Source: an uncultured Gammaproteobacteria bacterium
GTDB taxonomy: Bacteria > Patescibacteriota > Microgenomatia > Levybacterales > GWA1-39-11
Length of the DNA stretch: 51,956 nucleotides
Direction of reading: 5' to 3'
Assembly: GCA_964511305.1 (NCBI GenBank)
Contig: CAZEEU010000001.1
Location: 1-51,956, forward strand
The position numbers and the translations under genes are program-made. This document shows positions 9,603-17,911 of this stretch, piece by piece (positions within the stretch are counted from its first letter, which is position 1; every line of letters begins with the position of its first letter). The notes under the pieces were generated by a model that worked only from the letters and a program-made list of their open reading frames with translations, did not search any database and had not been told where the DNA came from.

Positions 9603-10520
9603 ATGAAACACCTTCTGCTTGCCCTTCTCCTTTTCCTTGCATTCTTAACCTTCACATCAAACGTCCACGCTCAAGACTTTTTCAACGCTATTCCTGACTC
9701 TTTAGAACCAACTGCTACCGATTCTGCAACAGCCTCACAGTCAGCAAAAGAAGCTGAGGCAATTGCTAAAATTAAGCAGGAAGACGTCACGCGTCCAGAG
9801 GGACCAGAGGATGACCAAGCTCTTCTTTTATTTAAGCAGCGGCCAGCAGACAAGTTGTCCTTAACAAACGTAATGGCGTTCTTGATTCAGGCTTCAGTAA
9901 AATCCGGTGTACCTTCAAGGACAATTATTCTTATTCTTCTATTGCCTATGCTGGCAACAATTATTGCTTTTATTAGGCACGTTATTGGTCTTCCTAGTAT
10001 CGGAATGCTCGTACCCGTTGCACTCTCTATCACCCTACTTTCAACGGGTATAACTGCAGGGCTTATTTTGCTTGCAACAATTATTTTCGGCTCAACGGTA
10101 GCTCGAATCTTGCTTAAGAAATTAAGAATAATGCAGCTTCCAAAAATGGCATTTTCAATGTTCATAGTCTCCTTCTTCCTATTTTTGGTTCTTACAGTTA
10201 GTGCGATGGGCGGAATTCTAGTTGTAAAACAGCTTTCTATTTTCCCGGTTCTACTTCTAATTCTTTTGTCAGAGCAGATAATTTCAGTCCAACAAGAGCG
10301 TAGCGCGCAAGAAATGATCATTATCTCAATGGTTACTTTTGCTATTGGTATTCTTGGATTCCTGCTTCTTTCTTCAATATATCTAAGAAACACTATTCTG
10401 CTATATCCTGAATTTACACTGCTTCTTATACCTCTTAATATAATTATTGGAAGGTACTTTGGACTTAGACTTATGGAATATTTTAGGTTTTCCTCAATAA
10501 TGCGCCATGCCAGTAAGTAG
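9603..10520 (+). CDS. secreted-N-terminus 7TM membrane protein (7TM_transglut-like, without the transglutaminase-like domain)
   Basis: Signal peptide MKHLLLALLLFLAFLTFTSNVHA, a ~90-aa low-complexity linker, then about 7 TM helices. IRHVIGLPSIGMLVPVAL resembles the family signature. Overlaps the next gene by 14 nt. Confidence 0.6.
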   Translation: MKHLLLALLLFLAFLTFTSNVHAQDFFNAIPDSLEPTATDSATASQSAKEAEAIAKIKQEDVTRPEGPEDDQALLLFKQRPADKLSLTNVMAFLIQASVKSGVPSRTIILILLLPMLATIIAFIRHVIGLPSIGMLVPVALSITLLSTGITAGLILLATIIFGSTVARILLKKLRIMQLPKMAFSMFIVSFFLFLVLTVSAMGGILVVKQLSIFPVLLLILLSEQIISVQQERSAQEMIIISMVTFAIGILGFLLLSSIYLRNTILLYPEFTLLLIPLNIIIGRYFGLRLMEYFRFSSIMRHASK

Positions 10521-11811
10521 AGACATCTTGGGCATGAATGCCCGTAATTTCCTTTATATCCGCAAATATAATTCTCCTGATGCGAAAAAAATTGCGGATG
10601 ATAAGTTATTGATGAAGAGTGTGCTTATTCAAAATGGGATCAAAACACCCAATATGTATAACATATTCTATGACAGAGACTCTATCACAAGCTACGACTG
10701 GTCAAATCTTCCATCCCGTGGGTTCGTAATAAAACCTGCAAGAGGATATGGGGGATCCGGGATATTGCCTATTAAGAAATGGGAAGACAATATCGCAACA
10801 ACCGCAGATGGCCAGACCTACACCGTCAAACAACTTGAATCACACATCCTAGACATTCTCGAGGGTGCTTATTCACTTAAATTTCTCCCAGATAACGCAT
10901 TTATCGAAGAACGTCTCAGGCCGCACCAATTCTTTAAAAAGCTTACAGGATTTGGAATACCAGATATACGAGTAATCGTTTTCAATCGTGTCCCAGTTAT
11001 GGCAATGATGAGACTTTCAACGCAGGAGTCTCATGGAAAAGCGAATCTTCACCAGGGTGCAATTGGATTTGGTATTGATATAAGAACAGGAATCACAACT
11101 CATGCAATTTTATACGACCAACATATCAGCATAATTCCAAACACAAAAATTAAGACACGAGGCATAAAAATTCCCGACTGGGAAGAAGTGCTGCTTCTTT
11201 CTTCAAAGACTCAAGAAATGACTGGCCTTGGGTATGCTGGGATTGATATTGTATTTGATGGAAATGAAGGCCCTATGGTTCTTGAGGTAAATGCACGACC
11301 GGGGCTCTCAATTCAAAATGCCAATAAAGCGTCATTACGCTCAAGGCTAGAACGGGTCGAGAATATTAATACACCTACATACGAGCGAGGCGTTGAGATT
11401 GCAAAGAATTTATTTACAGAGTCATTTTCTGAAAAGGTTAGCATTACCCCTAAGATACTTACAATAATTCAAGAAGTTACTTTTTATAGAAATGGTGAGC
11501 CTATTACTGTTAAGGCAAAACTCGATACCGGAGCATTCCGGACTTCAATTGATAGGAAATTTGCAGAGCTGCTTGATCTAAAACCACTCGAGGAAAAAGT
11601 TTTTGTAAAATCAGCAAGTGGAGAGAGTTTTCGACCAACTGTAAAAGCGTCTTTCACGCTTGGTGGTAAAAAAGTAAATACTGTAGCCTCAATTGTTGAC
11701 AGATCCAACCTAAAATACCCAGTTATTATTGGTCACCGCGACATGAAAGATTTTCTTATAAAACCGGTAAATGACCAACCATACGACCCCGAAGATGATA
11801 TAGAAGAGTAA
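10507..11811 (+). CDS. ATP-grasp ligase (alpha-L-glutamate-ligase-like/RimK-related) fused to a C-terminal retropepsin-fold peptidase domain (Zn_protease/DUF785, RimB-like)
   Basis: N-terminal ILGMNARNFLYIRKYN...DDKLLMKSVL, VIKPARGYGGSGI and LEVNARPG are ATP-grasp motifs. C-terminal AKLDTGAFRTS (DTG at nt 11524-11532) and DRSNLKYPVIIGHRDM match the DUF785 pattern. Confidence 0.7.
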   Translation: MPVSRDILGMNARNFLYIRKYNSPDAKKIADDKLLMKSVLIQNGIKTPNMYNIFYDRDSITSYDWSNLPSRGFVIKPARGYGGSGILPIKKWEDNIATTADGQTYTVKQLESHILDILEGAYSLKFLPDNAFIEERLRPHQFFKKLTGFGIPDIRVIVFNRVPVMAMMRLSTQESHGKANLHQGAIGFGIDIRTGITTHAILYDQHISIIPNTKIKTRGIKIPDWEEVLLLSSKTQEMTGLGYAGIDIVFDGNEGPMVLEVNARPGLSIQNANKASLRSRLERVENINTPTYERGVEIAKNLFTESFSEKVSITPKILTIIQEVTFYRNGEPITVKAKLDTGAFRTSIDRKFAELLDLKPLEEKVFVKSASGESFRPTVKASFTLGGKKVNTVASIVDRSNLKYPVIIGHRDMKDFLIKPVNDQPYDPEDDIEE

Positions 11812-11835
11812 AATAATACGTTGAGCGTATTTGAG

Positions 11836-11865
11836 TTGAAATAGGTACACCAATTGCTGTATAAT
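11836..11865 (+). promoter_or_regulatory. promoter of rplS (near-leaderless)
   Basis: TTGAAA (11836-11841), 18-nt spacer, TG-TATAAT (TATAAT at 11860-11865). The ATG at 11874 is only 8 nt past the -10 box and has no SD. Confidence 0.5.
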
Positions 11866-11873
11866 ATGACTCT

Positions 11874-12215
11874 ATGGAAAAGCAAGTCGAGCCAACACCA
11901 GTGGAATTAGATCTAAGAACAGGAAATGCCGTTAAGGTATATCAAAAAATTGTTGAGGGAAAAAAGGAAAGAATAGTAGCCTTTCAGGGAAAAATTGTTA
12001 AATCTCGTGGAGCTGGAGACAATAAAATGGTTACTGTAAGACAATTCATTGATGGCGTTGACGTTGATAGATTGTTTGCAGTTAATTCACCAGTTATCGT
12101 AAAGCTTGAAAATATTGAAATCAAGAAAAAGAAAACAAGAAAGAAAGCTACAAAAAAGACCGTTAAAGTTTCAAAAAAGATCCTCAAAGCTAAAGCAGCA
12201 AAAGCAAGCAAATAG
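11874..12215 (+). CDS. rplS: 50S ribosomal protein L19 with Lys-rich C-terminal tail
   Basis: GNAVKVYQKIVEGKKERIVAFQGKIV...VTVRQ is the L19 core, followed by a KKKKTRKKATKK tail. Confidence 0.9.
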   Translation: MEKQVEPTPVELDLRTGNAVKVYQKIVEGKKERIVAFQGKIVKSRGAGDNKMVTVRQFIDGVDVDRLFAVNSPVIVKLENIEIKKKKTRKKATKKTVKVSKKILKAKAAKASK

Positions 12216-12241
12216 CGCCGTTTCCAACGGTAAAGCGAGCT

Positions 12242-12265
12242 TACTGTTCTTAACAGTATTTCTTC
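12242..12265 (+). terminator. hairpin between convergent rplS and pyrG
   Basis: tactgtt (12242-12248), loop ctt, aacagta (12252-12258), followed by tttctt. A second small hairpin, ccgtt-tcc-aacgg, sits at 12218-12230. Confidence 0.4.
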
Positions 12266-12318
12266 GATTCATTTAAATTTCCGAATTTTTATCAATTGTT
12301 TGTGGTGAGTAAAAACAA

Positions 12319-13983
12319 TTACTTAGATGCCTTGAGGAATTCTACGAATAAAGGGTGTGGGCTTTGTGGTCTACTTTTATATTCTGGATGCCCTTGAGTA
12401 CCCATGAAGAATGGATGATCCTTCTTTGGAAGCTCAATGATCTCCACTAAATTCTCGACTACTGATCTGGCTGAAATTATAAGCCCCGCTGCCTCTATCT
12501 CTTTTGCAAATTTATTATTAAATTCATAGCGATGTCTATGTCTTTCCGATGTCAAACCAGGCTTATTATTTATGAACTGTCCAGCCTTTTCGTAAACTTC
12601 ATATGCTCTTGTACCCTCTTTAACCTTTGCATCCCATGCACCAAGCCGCATAGTGCCACCATAAGAACGGCGTTCCATAAGCTCCTTCTGATTTTCGATC
12701 ATGTGAATAACAGGATGTTTTGTTTTTTGATCATTTTCAGTAGTGTTTGCGTCCTTCCAGCCCAGAACATGACGAGCAAAACCAACGACAGCAAGTTGCA
12801 TGCCATAACAAAGACCCAAGTATGGTATTTTCTTGTCGAGCGAATACTCAACAGCTTTTATCATTCCTTCTGCCCCTCTTTCTCCCCATCCAATTGGAAC
12901 AATTATCCCATCTGGCTTACCAATAACTGCCTCAGCACCCTCTTTATTTACCTTCTCAGCATCAACCCACCTTGTCTTTACCTCAACATCAGCAGCCCAA
13001 GAGGCGTGCTCAATTGCGTCAAGAAGCGCTGCATATGAATCTCTAAGCTGATATTCACCAGTACCAAAATATTTACCAACAATAGCAATCTCAACCGTTT
13101 TGCTTTTTTTGGATTTAATTTTTTCGACTAACTTCTCCCAATTGCCAAGACTTGGAGCTTTTTGTGCAAGACCTAATTTTGAGAGAATACGCTTTTCAAG
13201 ACCCTGCTTATGAAGAACTAGAGGAATTTCATAGACGCTCTCTACATCTGGATTGGAAATAATATCCTCAGGATGCATATTGCAGAATAATGCAAAGCGA
13301 TCTCTTCTTCTTTGGTCAAGATACCTAGCAGATCGAGCAATTATAAAGTCTGGTTGAATGCCCATAGAGTTAAGAGTTCTTACAGAAAGTTGTGTAGGTT
13401 TTGTTTTAGGTTCACCAAGATGTGAAGGTGTTGGCACATAACTTACATGGATATGTATTACGTCTCCTGGATTTTTTAGGGTAAGAATTCTTGATGCCTC
13501 ATAATAAAAGAGGTTCTGATACTCACCAGCAGTACCACCAAGTTCTATAACAACTATATCTGCGCCTTTTACCTTTGCTACATGCTTTATGCGAGAGATT
13601 ATTTCATCTGTAATGTGAGGAATTGCTTCGACGTCTTCCCCGTTATATTCAAATCTTCTTTCTCGATCAATAACTGTCTGGTAGATTCTTCCCATTGTCA
13701 CGAAATTCTCTTTACCCATGTCTTCTGAAAGGAACTTCTCATATGAACCGATGTCCATATCTGCTTCCGTGCCGTCTTCGCAAAGGAATGGATCACCGTG
13801 CTCTATCGGATTTATTGTTCCTGCATCGAGATTAAGATAATTCTCAAATTTGATTGGAGCAATTTTATAACCTGCTGATTTGAGAAGGAAAGATATTGAA
13901 GAGGCGGTGAGTCCTTTTCCGATTCCGGAGATAACTCCTCCAGACACGAAAATGTATTTAGTGTTTAATTTCTTGAGCGGCAC
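12319..13983 (-). CDS. pyrG: CTP synthase
   Basis: 554 aa. KYIFVSGGVISGIGKG at the N-terminus. GATase domain with GLCYGMQ and HRHRYEFN. GTG start. Confidence 0.95.
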   Translation of the reverse strand: MPLKKLNTKYIFVSGGVISGIGKGLTASSISFLLKSAGYKIAPIKFENYLNLDAGTINPIEHGDPFLCEDGTEADMDIGSYEKFLSEDMGKENFVTMGRIYQTVIDRERRFEYNGEDVEAIPHITDEIISRIKHVAKVKGADIVVIELGGTAGEYQNLFYYEASRILTLKNPGDVIHIHVSYVPTPSHLGEPKTKPTQLSVRTLNSMGIQPDFIIARSARYLDQRRRDRFALFCNMHPEDIISNPDVESVYEIPLVLHKQGLEKRILSKLGLAQKAPSLGNWEKLVEKIKSKKSKTVEIAIVGKYFGTGEYQLRDSYAALLDAIEHASWAADVEVKTRWVDAEKVNKEGAEAVIGKPDGIIVPIGWGERGAEGMIKAVEYSLDKKIPYLGLCYGMQLAVVGFARHVLGWKDANTTENDQKTKHPVIHMIENQKELMERRSYGGTMRLGAWDAKVKEGTRAYEVYEKAGQFINNKPGLTSERHRHRYEFNNKFAKEIEAAGLIISARSVVENLVEIIELPKKDHPFFMGTQGHPEYKSRPQSPHPLFVEFLKASK

Positions 13984-14026
13984 GATTTATATTATCAAAT
14001 AGGCCAAATCGTGTCAACGAGGAGTT

Positions 14027-14377
14027 TTAACTGAGAGTTTTTCCTTCCTCTGCAGCACCTGCTGCTTCGAGCATTTTTAACTTGTCTCTTTTGTTGTTTG
14101 TTTCGTTCCATTCTGAAATAATTTTATTATGTTTCTCCAATACGCTTTCGCCTTTTGGCCCTGGGGCGGCGGGTGTTTCAGCAAATTTAGATTTGAAAGC
14201 ATCTATTCTTCCTGCCTTATAAAGAACCCCAAGTCCTGCGCAAAATGAAACAAGCCCAATAATTAGTAATATTGGAGGACCACCTGCAGACACGCCCTGC
14301 ATCCCAAGATATACACTAACAAACCCTCCCCCAAGAAGAATTAGACCAATAAAACTACCTAAGAGTATTTTTCGCAT
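14027..14377 (-). CDS. small 2-TM membrane protein (paralog A)
   Basis: 116 aa. Two TM helices, then YKAGRID and a C-terminal ...KHNKIISEW..NNKRDKLKMLE similar to the neighbouring ORF. Confidence 0.55.
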   Translation of the reverse strand: MRKILLGSFIGLILLGGGFVSVYLGMQGVSAGGPPILLIIGLVSFCAGLGVLYKAGRIDAFKSKFAETPAAPGPKGESVLEKHNKIISEWNETNNKRDKLKMLEAAGAAEEGKTLS

Positions 14378-14412
14378 TAATTAAGAATATTCGATTGTAA
14401 TCTTTATTGCAA

Positions 14413-14733
14413 TTAGTCTTGACCGGAGTGCTTAATAACTTTTAATTTGTCGCGCATCTGTGAAGTTTTGGCATATGTATGAGCAAACTCATCATGCTTG
14501 TGTAAAAGAGAATTCTTGTGATCCCCTTGACCCACTGGCGGCAACTTAATAGCATGTCTATCTCGCCTACCCGCTCGAAAAAGCAAAGCCACTCCGACAA
14601 TAATAAGTGCCAGGGCAATGAATGAGGAAAAAAGCGATACGTTATTTGTATCCAGCAAATTAAGAAAGCCCAATACAAAACCTAGAAGAGTTATTCCAAG
14701 TCCTAATAGCGATTCAAGAATGTGATTCTTCAT
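14413..14733 (-). CDS. small 2-TM membrane protein (paralog B)
   Basis: 106 aa. Two TM helices, then FRAGRRD and ...HKHDEFAHTY..SQMRDKLKVIKH. Same architecture as 14027-14377. Confidence 0.55.
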   Translation of the reverse strand: MKNHILESLLGLGITLLGFVLGFLNLLDTNNVSLFSSFIALALIIVGVALLFRAGRRDRHAIKLPPVGQGDHKNSLLHKHDEFAHTYAKTSQMRDKLKVIKHSGQD

Positions 14734-14734
14734 G

Positions 14735-14805
14735 AGCGGGGTACCAGAATCGAACTGGCTTCCCTACCTTGGGAAGGTAGTATACTACCGGTATACGAAC
14801 CCCGC
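14735..14805 (-). tRNA. tRNA-Gly(CCC)
   Basis: The reverse complement folds as acceptor GCGGGGT, D arm, anticodon arm CTACC-TTCCCAA-GGTAG, T arm GCCAG-TTCGATT-CTGGT, then ACCCCGC-T. Close to the E. coli tRNA-Gly(CCC) layout. No encoded CCA. Confidence 0.9.
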
Positions 14806-14958
14806 GCTTGGAAGCATTCTCCTTTAGGCGTAACCTAAAGCGTGATTTCAAGCTTGCTTGAAACACGATCACTGAACTACTTCTGTAACAAAATTAGTAT
14901 ACAACAACTCCCTTTGTTCGGACCAATAATTTTTAACCTCTCGCTTTACTTAAAGAAC

Positions 14959-15042
14959 TCAAGCTTTGCTTTAACGTAGTCAAGCTTTGCTTTATCGTAG
15001 TCAAGCTTTGCTTTATCGAAGAAAAGCTCTGCTTTATCGTGC
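14959..15042. repeat. 4 x 21-nt tandem repeat (tcaagctttgctttatcgtag consensus), last unit overlapping the stop of the LysM gene
   Basis: Units at 14959-14979, 14980-15000, 15001-15021 and 15022-15042 (the last is degenerate). Each contains AAGCTT and, on the minus strand, CGA/CGT-TAA-AGC. Confidence 0.85.
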
Positions 15043-15741
15043 TAGCTTTAATACGTTTCCGGAGAAAATAAGGTTAGGATTAGTAAGATTATTATTCTTA
15101 GCAATTTCGACCCATCTATATCCGTCTCCATAAGCTCTTACAGCGATATCCCAAAGATTATCTCCATAAACCACTGTATAGGTTGTACCCGTAATTTTTT
15201 GCATTACCTGTACGTCTTCCATACCTTTCTCCGTCCCTGCTTGTGCAACAGGTGCGTTAGTCACAACTGGTGTCGGTGTTGAAACCGCTGTTGGTGCAGC
15301 TGTAGGCACTACAACTTCAGTTGGAACTGCTGTTGGAGATACCTGTGCCATTGCCTGAGACTTAGTTGGAGTTATTTTTGGAATGATAAGTTTTTGCCCT
15401 TTTTCGAGTGAATTAGAGTCGGTAATATTATTGGCCTTTGCTATTTCAACCCAAGCGTATCCATCTCCGTATGATTTTTCAGCTATGCTCCAAAGAGTTT
15501 CCCCTTCTTGCACAGTGTAACCACTGGTAAGTACGTCTTTTACTTCATCTGTCATTGCTGCTTGATCATCAACCTCTGCTCTATTTTGAGACAAAGTTCT
15601 TACTCCAAGTGCAATAACAATAAAAAGCACAACAACGGTTACTATTCCGTAAATCAAACTCTTGTATGAGTCGGAATTTTGCATAAGCTTTTGAATATCA
15701 AATGCGTTTTGTTCTTGTTTGTCAGATTTTTTTGTTGGCAT
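15034..15741 (-). CDS. membrane-anchored protein with two LysM peptidoglycan-binding domains
   Basis: Start ATG at 15741 is preceded by GGAAAGGAG. TM helix LIYGIVTVVVLFIVIALGV. Two LysM repeats, YTVQEGETLWSIAEKSYGDGYAWVEIAKANN and YTVVYGDNLWDIAVRAYGDGYRWVEIAKNNN. The longer ORF-track start (15858) runs into tRNA-Asp. Confidence 0.8.
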   Translation of the reverse strand: MPTKKSDKQEQNAFDIQKLMQNSDSYKSLIYGIVTVVVLFIVIALGVRTLSQNRAEVDDQAAMTDEVKDVLTSGYTVQEGETLWSIAEKSYGDGYAWVEIAKANNITDSNSLEKGQKLIIPKITPTKSQAMAQVSPTAVPTEVVVPTAAPTAVSTPTPVVTNAPVAQAGTEKGMEDVQVMQKITGTTYTVVYGDNLWDIAVRAYGDGYRWVEIAKNNNLTNPNLIFSGNVLKLAR

Positions 15742-15836
15742 AAAACTCCTTTCCAGGCAGAAGATTTGAGCAGAATGAGCAGATAACGTTCTTTGTGCGG
15801 GCCGTCTTTGCAACGAGCCTCGCCAAAATTTCAACT

Positions 15837-15913
15837 TGGCGGGGTGAACGGGACTCAAACCCGCGACCTCTTCCGTGACAGGGAAGCGCTCTAATCAACT
15901 GAGCTACCACCCC
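15837..15913 (-). tRNA. tRNA-Asp(GUC) with encoded CCA
   Basis: Reverse complement: GGGGTGG-TA-GCTC-AGTTGATT-AGAGC-G-CTTCC-CTGTCAC-GGAAG-AGGTC-GCGGG-TTTGAGT-CCCGT-TCACCCC-G-CCA. Confidence 0.92.
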
Positions 15914-16140
15914 AAAAACTGCGTTTTTGGGGTGGAGGAGAAGTCTCCATAGACTTCGACTACCATCCCACTTATAAATTTTGGGGCGGATGAGAAATTC
16001 TTTTAGAATTTCAAGTATCACCCCTAACCTTTCTTCAGTTTTGGTCTGATTATTCTACCAACTCAGGCATGATCCGTCAATGGCCTCAAACAAAGTAGTT
16101 TACCCTTTCAAAGCAATTGTTTTGTGATACTATTTGGTAT

Positions 16141-17910
16141 ATGCATTCGTTCACTAATGAACAAATTTCTCGCCTACTAAGGCAAGTCGCAGCGGCATAC
16201 ACCATCCAAAATGAAGGTAAATATAAATTCCAAATCCTTGCATACCAAAAAGCAGCAGACTCAATTGAAGCAAGTGTTACAGAAATAAAAGATTTGCTTG
16301 CTGATAATGCTTTAGACAAACTCTCAGGCGTAGGACCTAGTATTCGAAACCACATTTTAGAGCTTTTTAACTCTGGTGAGGTTGAGCATTTTAATGCTGT
16401 GCTTAAAAATGTTTCTCCAGCGATATTTCCGTTACTTGATATTCCCACTTTTGGTCCAAAAAAAGCTTTTAAACTCGTTGAAAACTTCAAACTTTTAGAT
16501 CCTAAAAGTGTTATTGAGGATGTATATAAGCTTGCATCAGACAACAAAATAGCCTCACTTGAAGGATTTGGAGACAAATCTCAAAGTGATATTAAGCGTG
16601 CCATTGATGAATATCGCCTTGGCAAAACAAAATCCTCACGGATGGTTCTGGCGGTTGCCTCAGAAATATCAGACACAATGCTTACCTATTTAAAGAAAGA
16701 CAAAAGCGTTCTACAAGCATTTACTCTTGGTAGCCTCAGACGAATGAAGTCGACTATAGGGGACATAGATATTGCAGTAAGTTCTAATAACCCTGCTGCA
16801 GTCCTAGATCATTTTAATAACTATCCATATAAAGATCGAATTATAGAAAGAGGAGACATAACATCTTCGATAATTCTTTCTGGCAATAAGCAGGTTGATC
16901 TTATGGTTCTAAAGCCAGAGATGTTTGGCTCTTTACTACAGCATTTTTCAGGGAGCAAAGAGCATAATGTTGCATTGCGAGAGTATGCTCTTAAAAAAGG
17001 CTATTCACTTTCTGAAAAAGGTGTAAAACTTAAAGACGGAACGACCAAAACTTTTGATGATGAACATGAATTTTATAATTTTTTAGGTCTTGAGTGGATA
17101 CCGCCAGAAATAAGAGAGAATCAAGGAGAAATCGATGCCTCATTAAATCATAAGCTCCCCAAATTAGTAGAGCTAAAAGATATTAAGGGAGACTTTCATA
17201 TTCATTCCAATTATCCAATAGAACCTAGTCATGATCTGGGACAAAATACAATGGAGGAAATGCTACATCGCGCTGACCAATTGGGTTACAAATACTTTGG
17301 TTTTTCAGAACACAACCCAAGCATTAGCAATCATACTGAGGAAGAAATTTACTCAATACTACTCAAAAGGAACAAAAAAATAGAACAGCTTCAAAAGAGT
17401 AATAAAAGTATTCGTATAATTAATTTACTTGAAGTTGATATTTTGGTCAATGGTCAATTGGCTTTAAGTGACAGATGTCTTGACCTGCTAGACATGGCGA
17501 TAGTAAGTATTCACTCTTCTTTTAGAACACCTAAAGAGAAAATGATGAAGAGGATTTTAAGTGGTCTTTCTCACCCGAAAGCAAAAATTTTTGCACATCC
17601 CTCAGGAAGACTAATAAATCAAAGAGAGCCTTATGAAGTTGATTGGAAAGAATTATTCTCCTTTGTAAAAGAACACAACAAAGCGCTTGAAATTAATTCA
17701 TGGCCAACAAGACTTGATCTTGCAGATACACTTGTCCATGAAGCAAAAAATGTTGGTGTTAAATTTGTTATTGACACAGACAGCCATGCAGTATCACACA
17801 TGGACAATATGCCATACGGCATCGCTGTTGCAAGGCGTGGATGGGCGGAGAAAGAAGACATTATTAATACATGGGATTATGAAAAACTTGAAAATTGGAT
17901 CAAGTCATAA
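16141..17910 (+). CDS. family X DNA polymerase with C-terminal PHP phosphoesterase domain (PolX)
   Basis: HhH motifs (LSGVGPSIRNHI, IPTFGPKKA), a pol-beta-like catalytic region with GDIDIAV, and a PHP domain with GDFHIHSNY...FSEHN...DTDSH. ATG at 16141 chosen. Confidence 0.88.
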   Translation: MHSFTNEQISRLLRQVAAAYTIQNEGKYKFQILAYQKAADSIEASVTEIKDLLADNALDKLSGVGPSIRNHILELFNSGEVEHFNAVLKNVSPAIFPLLDIPTFGPKKAFKLVENFKLLDPKSVIEDVYKLASDNKIASLEGFGDKSQSDIKRAIDEYRLGKTKSSRMVLAVASEISDTMLTYLKKDKSVLQAFTLGSLRRMKSTIGDIDIAVSSNNPAAVLDHFNNYPYKDRIIERGDITSSIILSGNKQVDLMVLKPEMFGSLLQHFSGSKEHNVALREYALKKGYSLSEKGVKLKDGTTKTFDDEHEFYNFLGLEWIPPEIRENQGEIDASLNHKLPKLVELKDIKGDFHIHSNYPIEPSHDLGQNTMEEMLHRADQLGYKYFGFSEHNPSISNHTEEEIYSILLKRNKKIEQLQKSNKSIRIINLLEVDILVNGQLALSDRCLDLLDMAIVSIHSSFRTPKEKMMKRILSGLSHPKAKIFAHPSGRLINQREPYEVDWKELFSFVKEHNKALEINSWPTRLDLADTLVHEAKNVGVKFVIDTDSHAVSHMDNMPYGIAVARRGWAEKEDIINTWDYEKLENWIKS

Positions 17911-17911
17911 T

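Noticed and set aside
14959-15042. Possible CRISPR array
   Set aside because: The units are directly abutting 21-mers with no spacers, and no cas genes are in the window. No other repeat-spacer structure was seen anywhere in the 52 kb.
14950-15045. 31-codon open frame through the 21-nt repeats encoding DKAKLDY heptads, as a possible frameshift extension of the LysM protein
   Set aside because: The frame contains no ATG, GTG or TTG start. No recognisable slippery or prfB-like shift site lies at CGA-TAA. I keep it only as a note within the repeat finding.
15722-16021. 99-aa minus-strand ORF, and the long form (to 15858) of the LysM ORF
   Set aside because: Both run straight through tRNA-Asp (15837-15913). 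The LysM gene has a strong SD plus ATG at 15741.
16086-16577. Long antisense ORFs inside well-supported genes (16086-16577 in polX, 31049-31612 in atpF, 48857-49603 in the aminotransferase, 9887-10393 in the 7TM gene, 12532-13038 in pyrG, 1257-1679 and 901-1278 in kbl)
   Set aside because: Each is fully embedded opposite a gene with clear family motifs and has a low-complexity or odd composition. They are typical shadow ORFs of AT-rich, codon-biased sequence.
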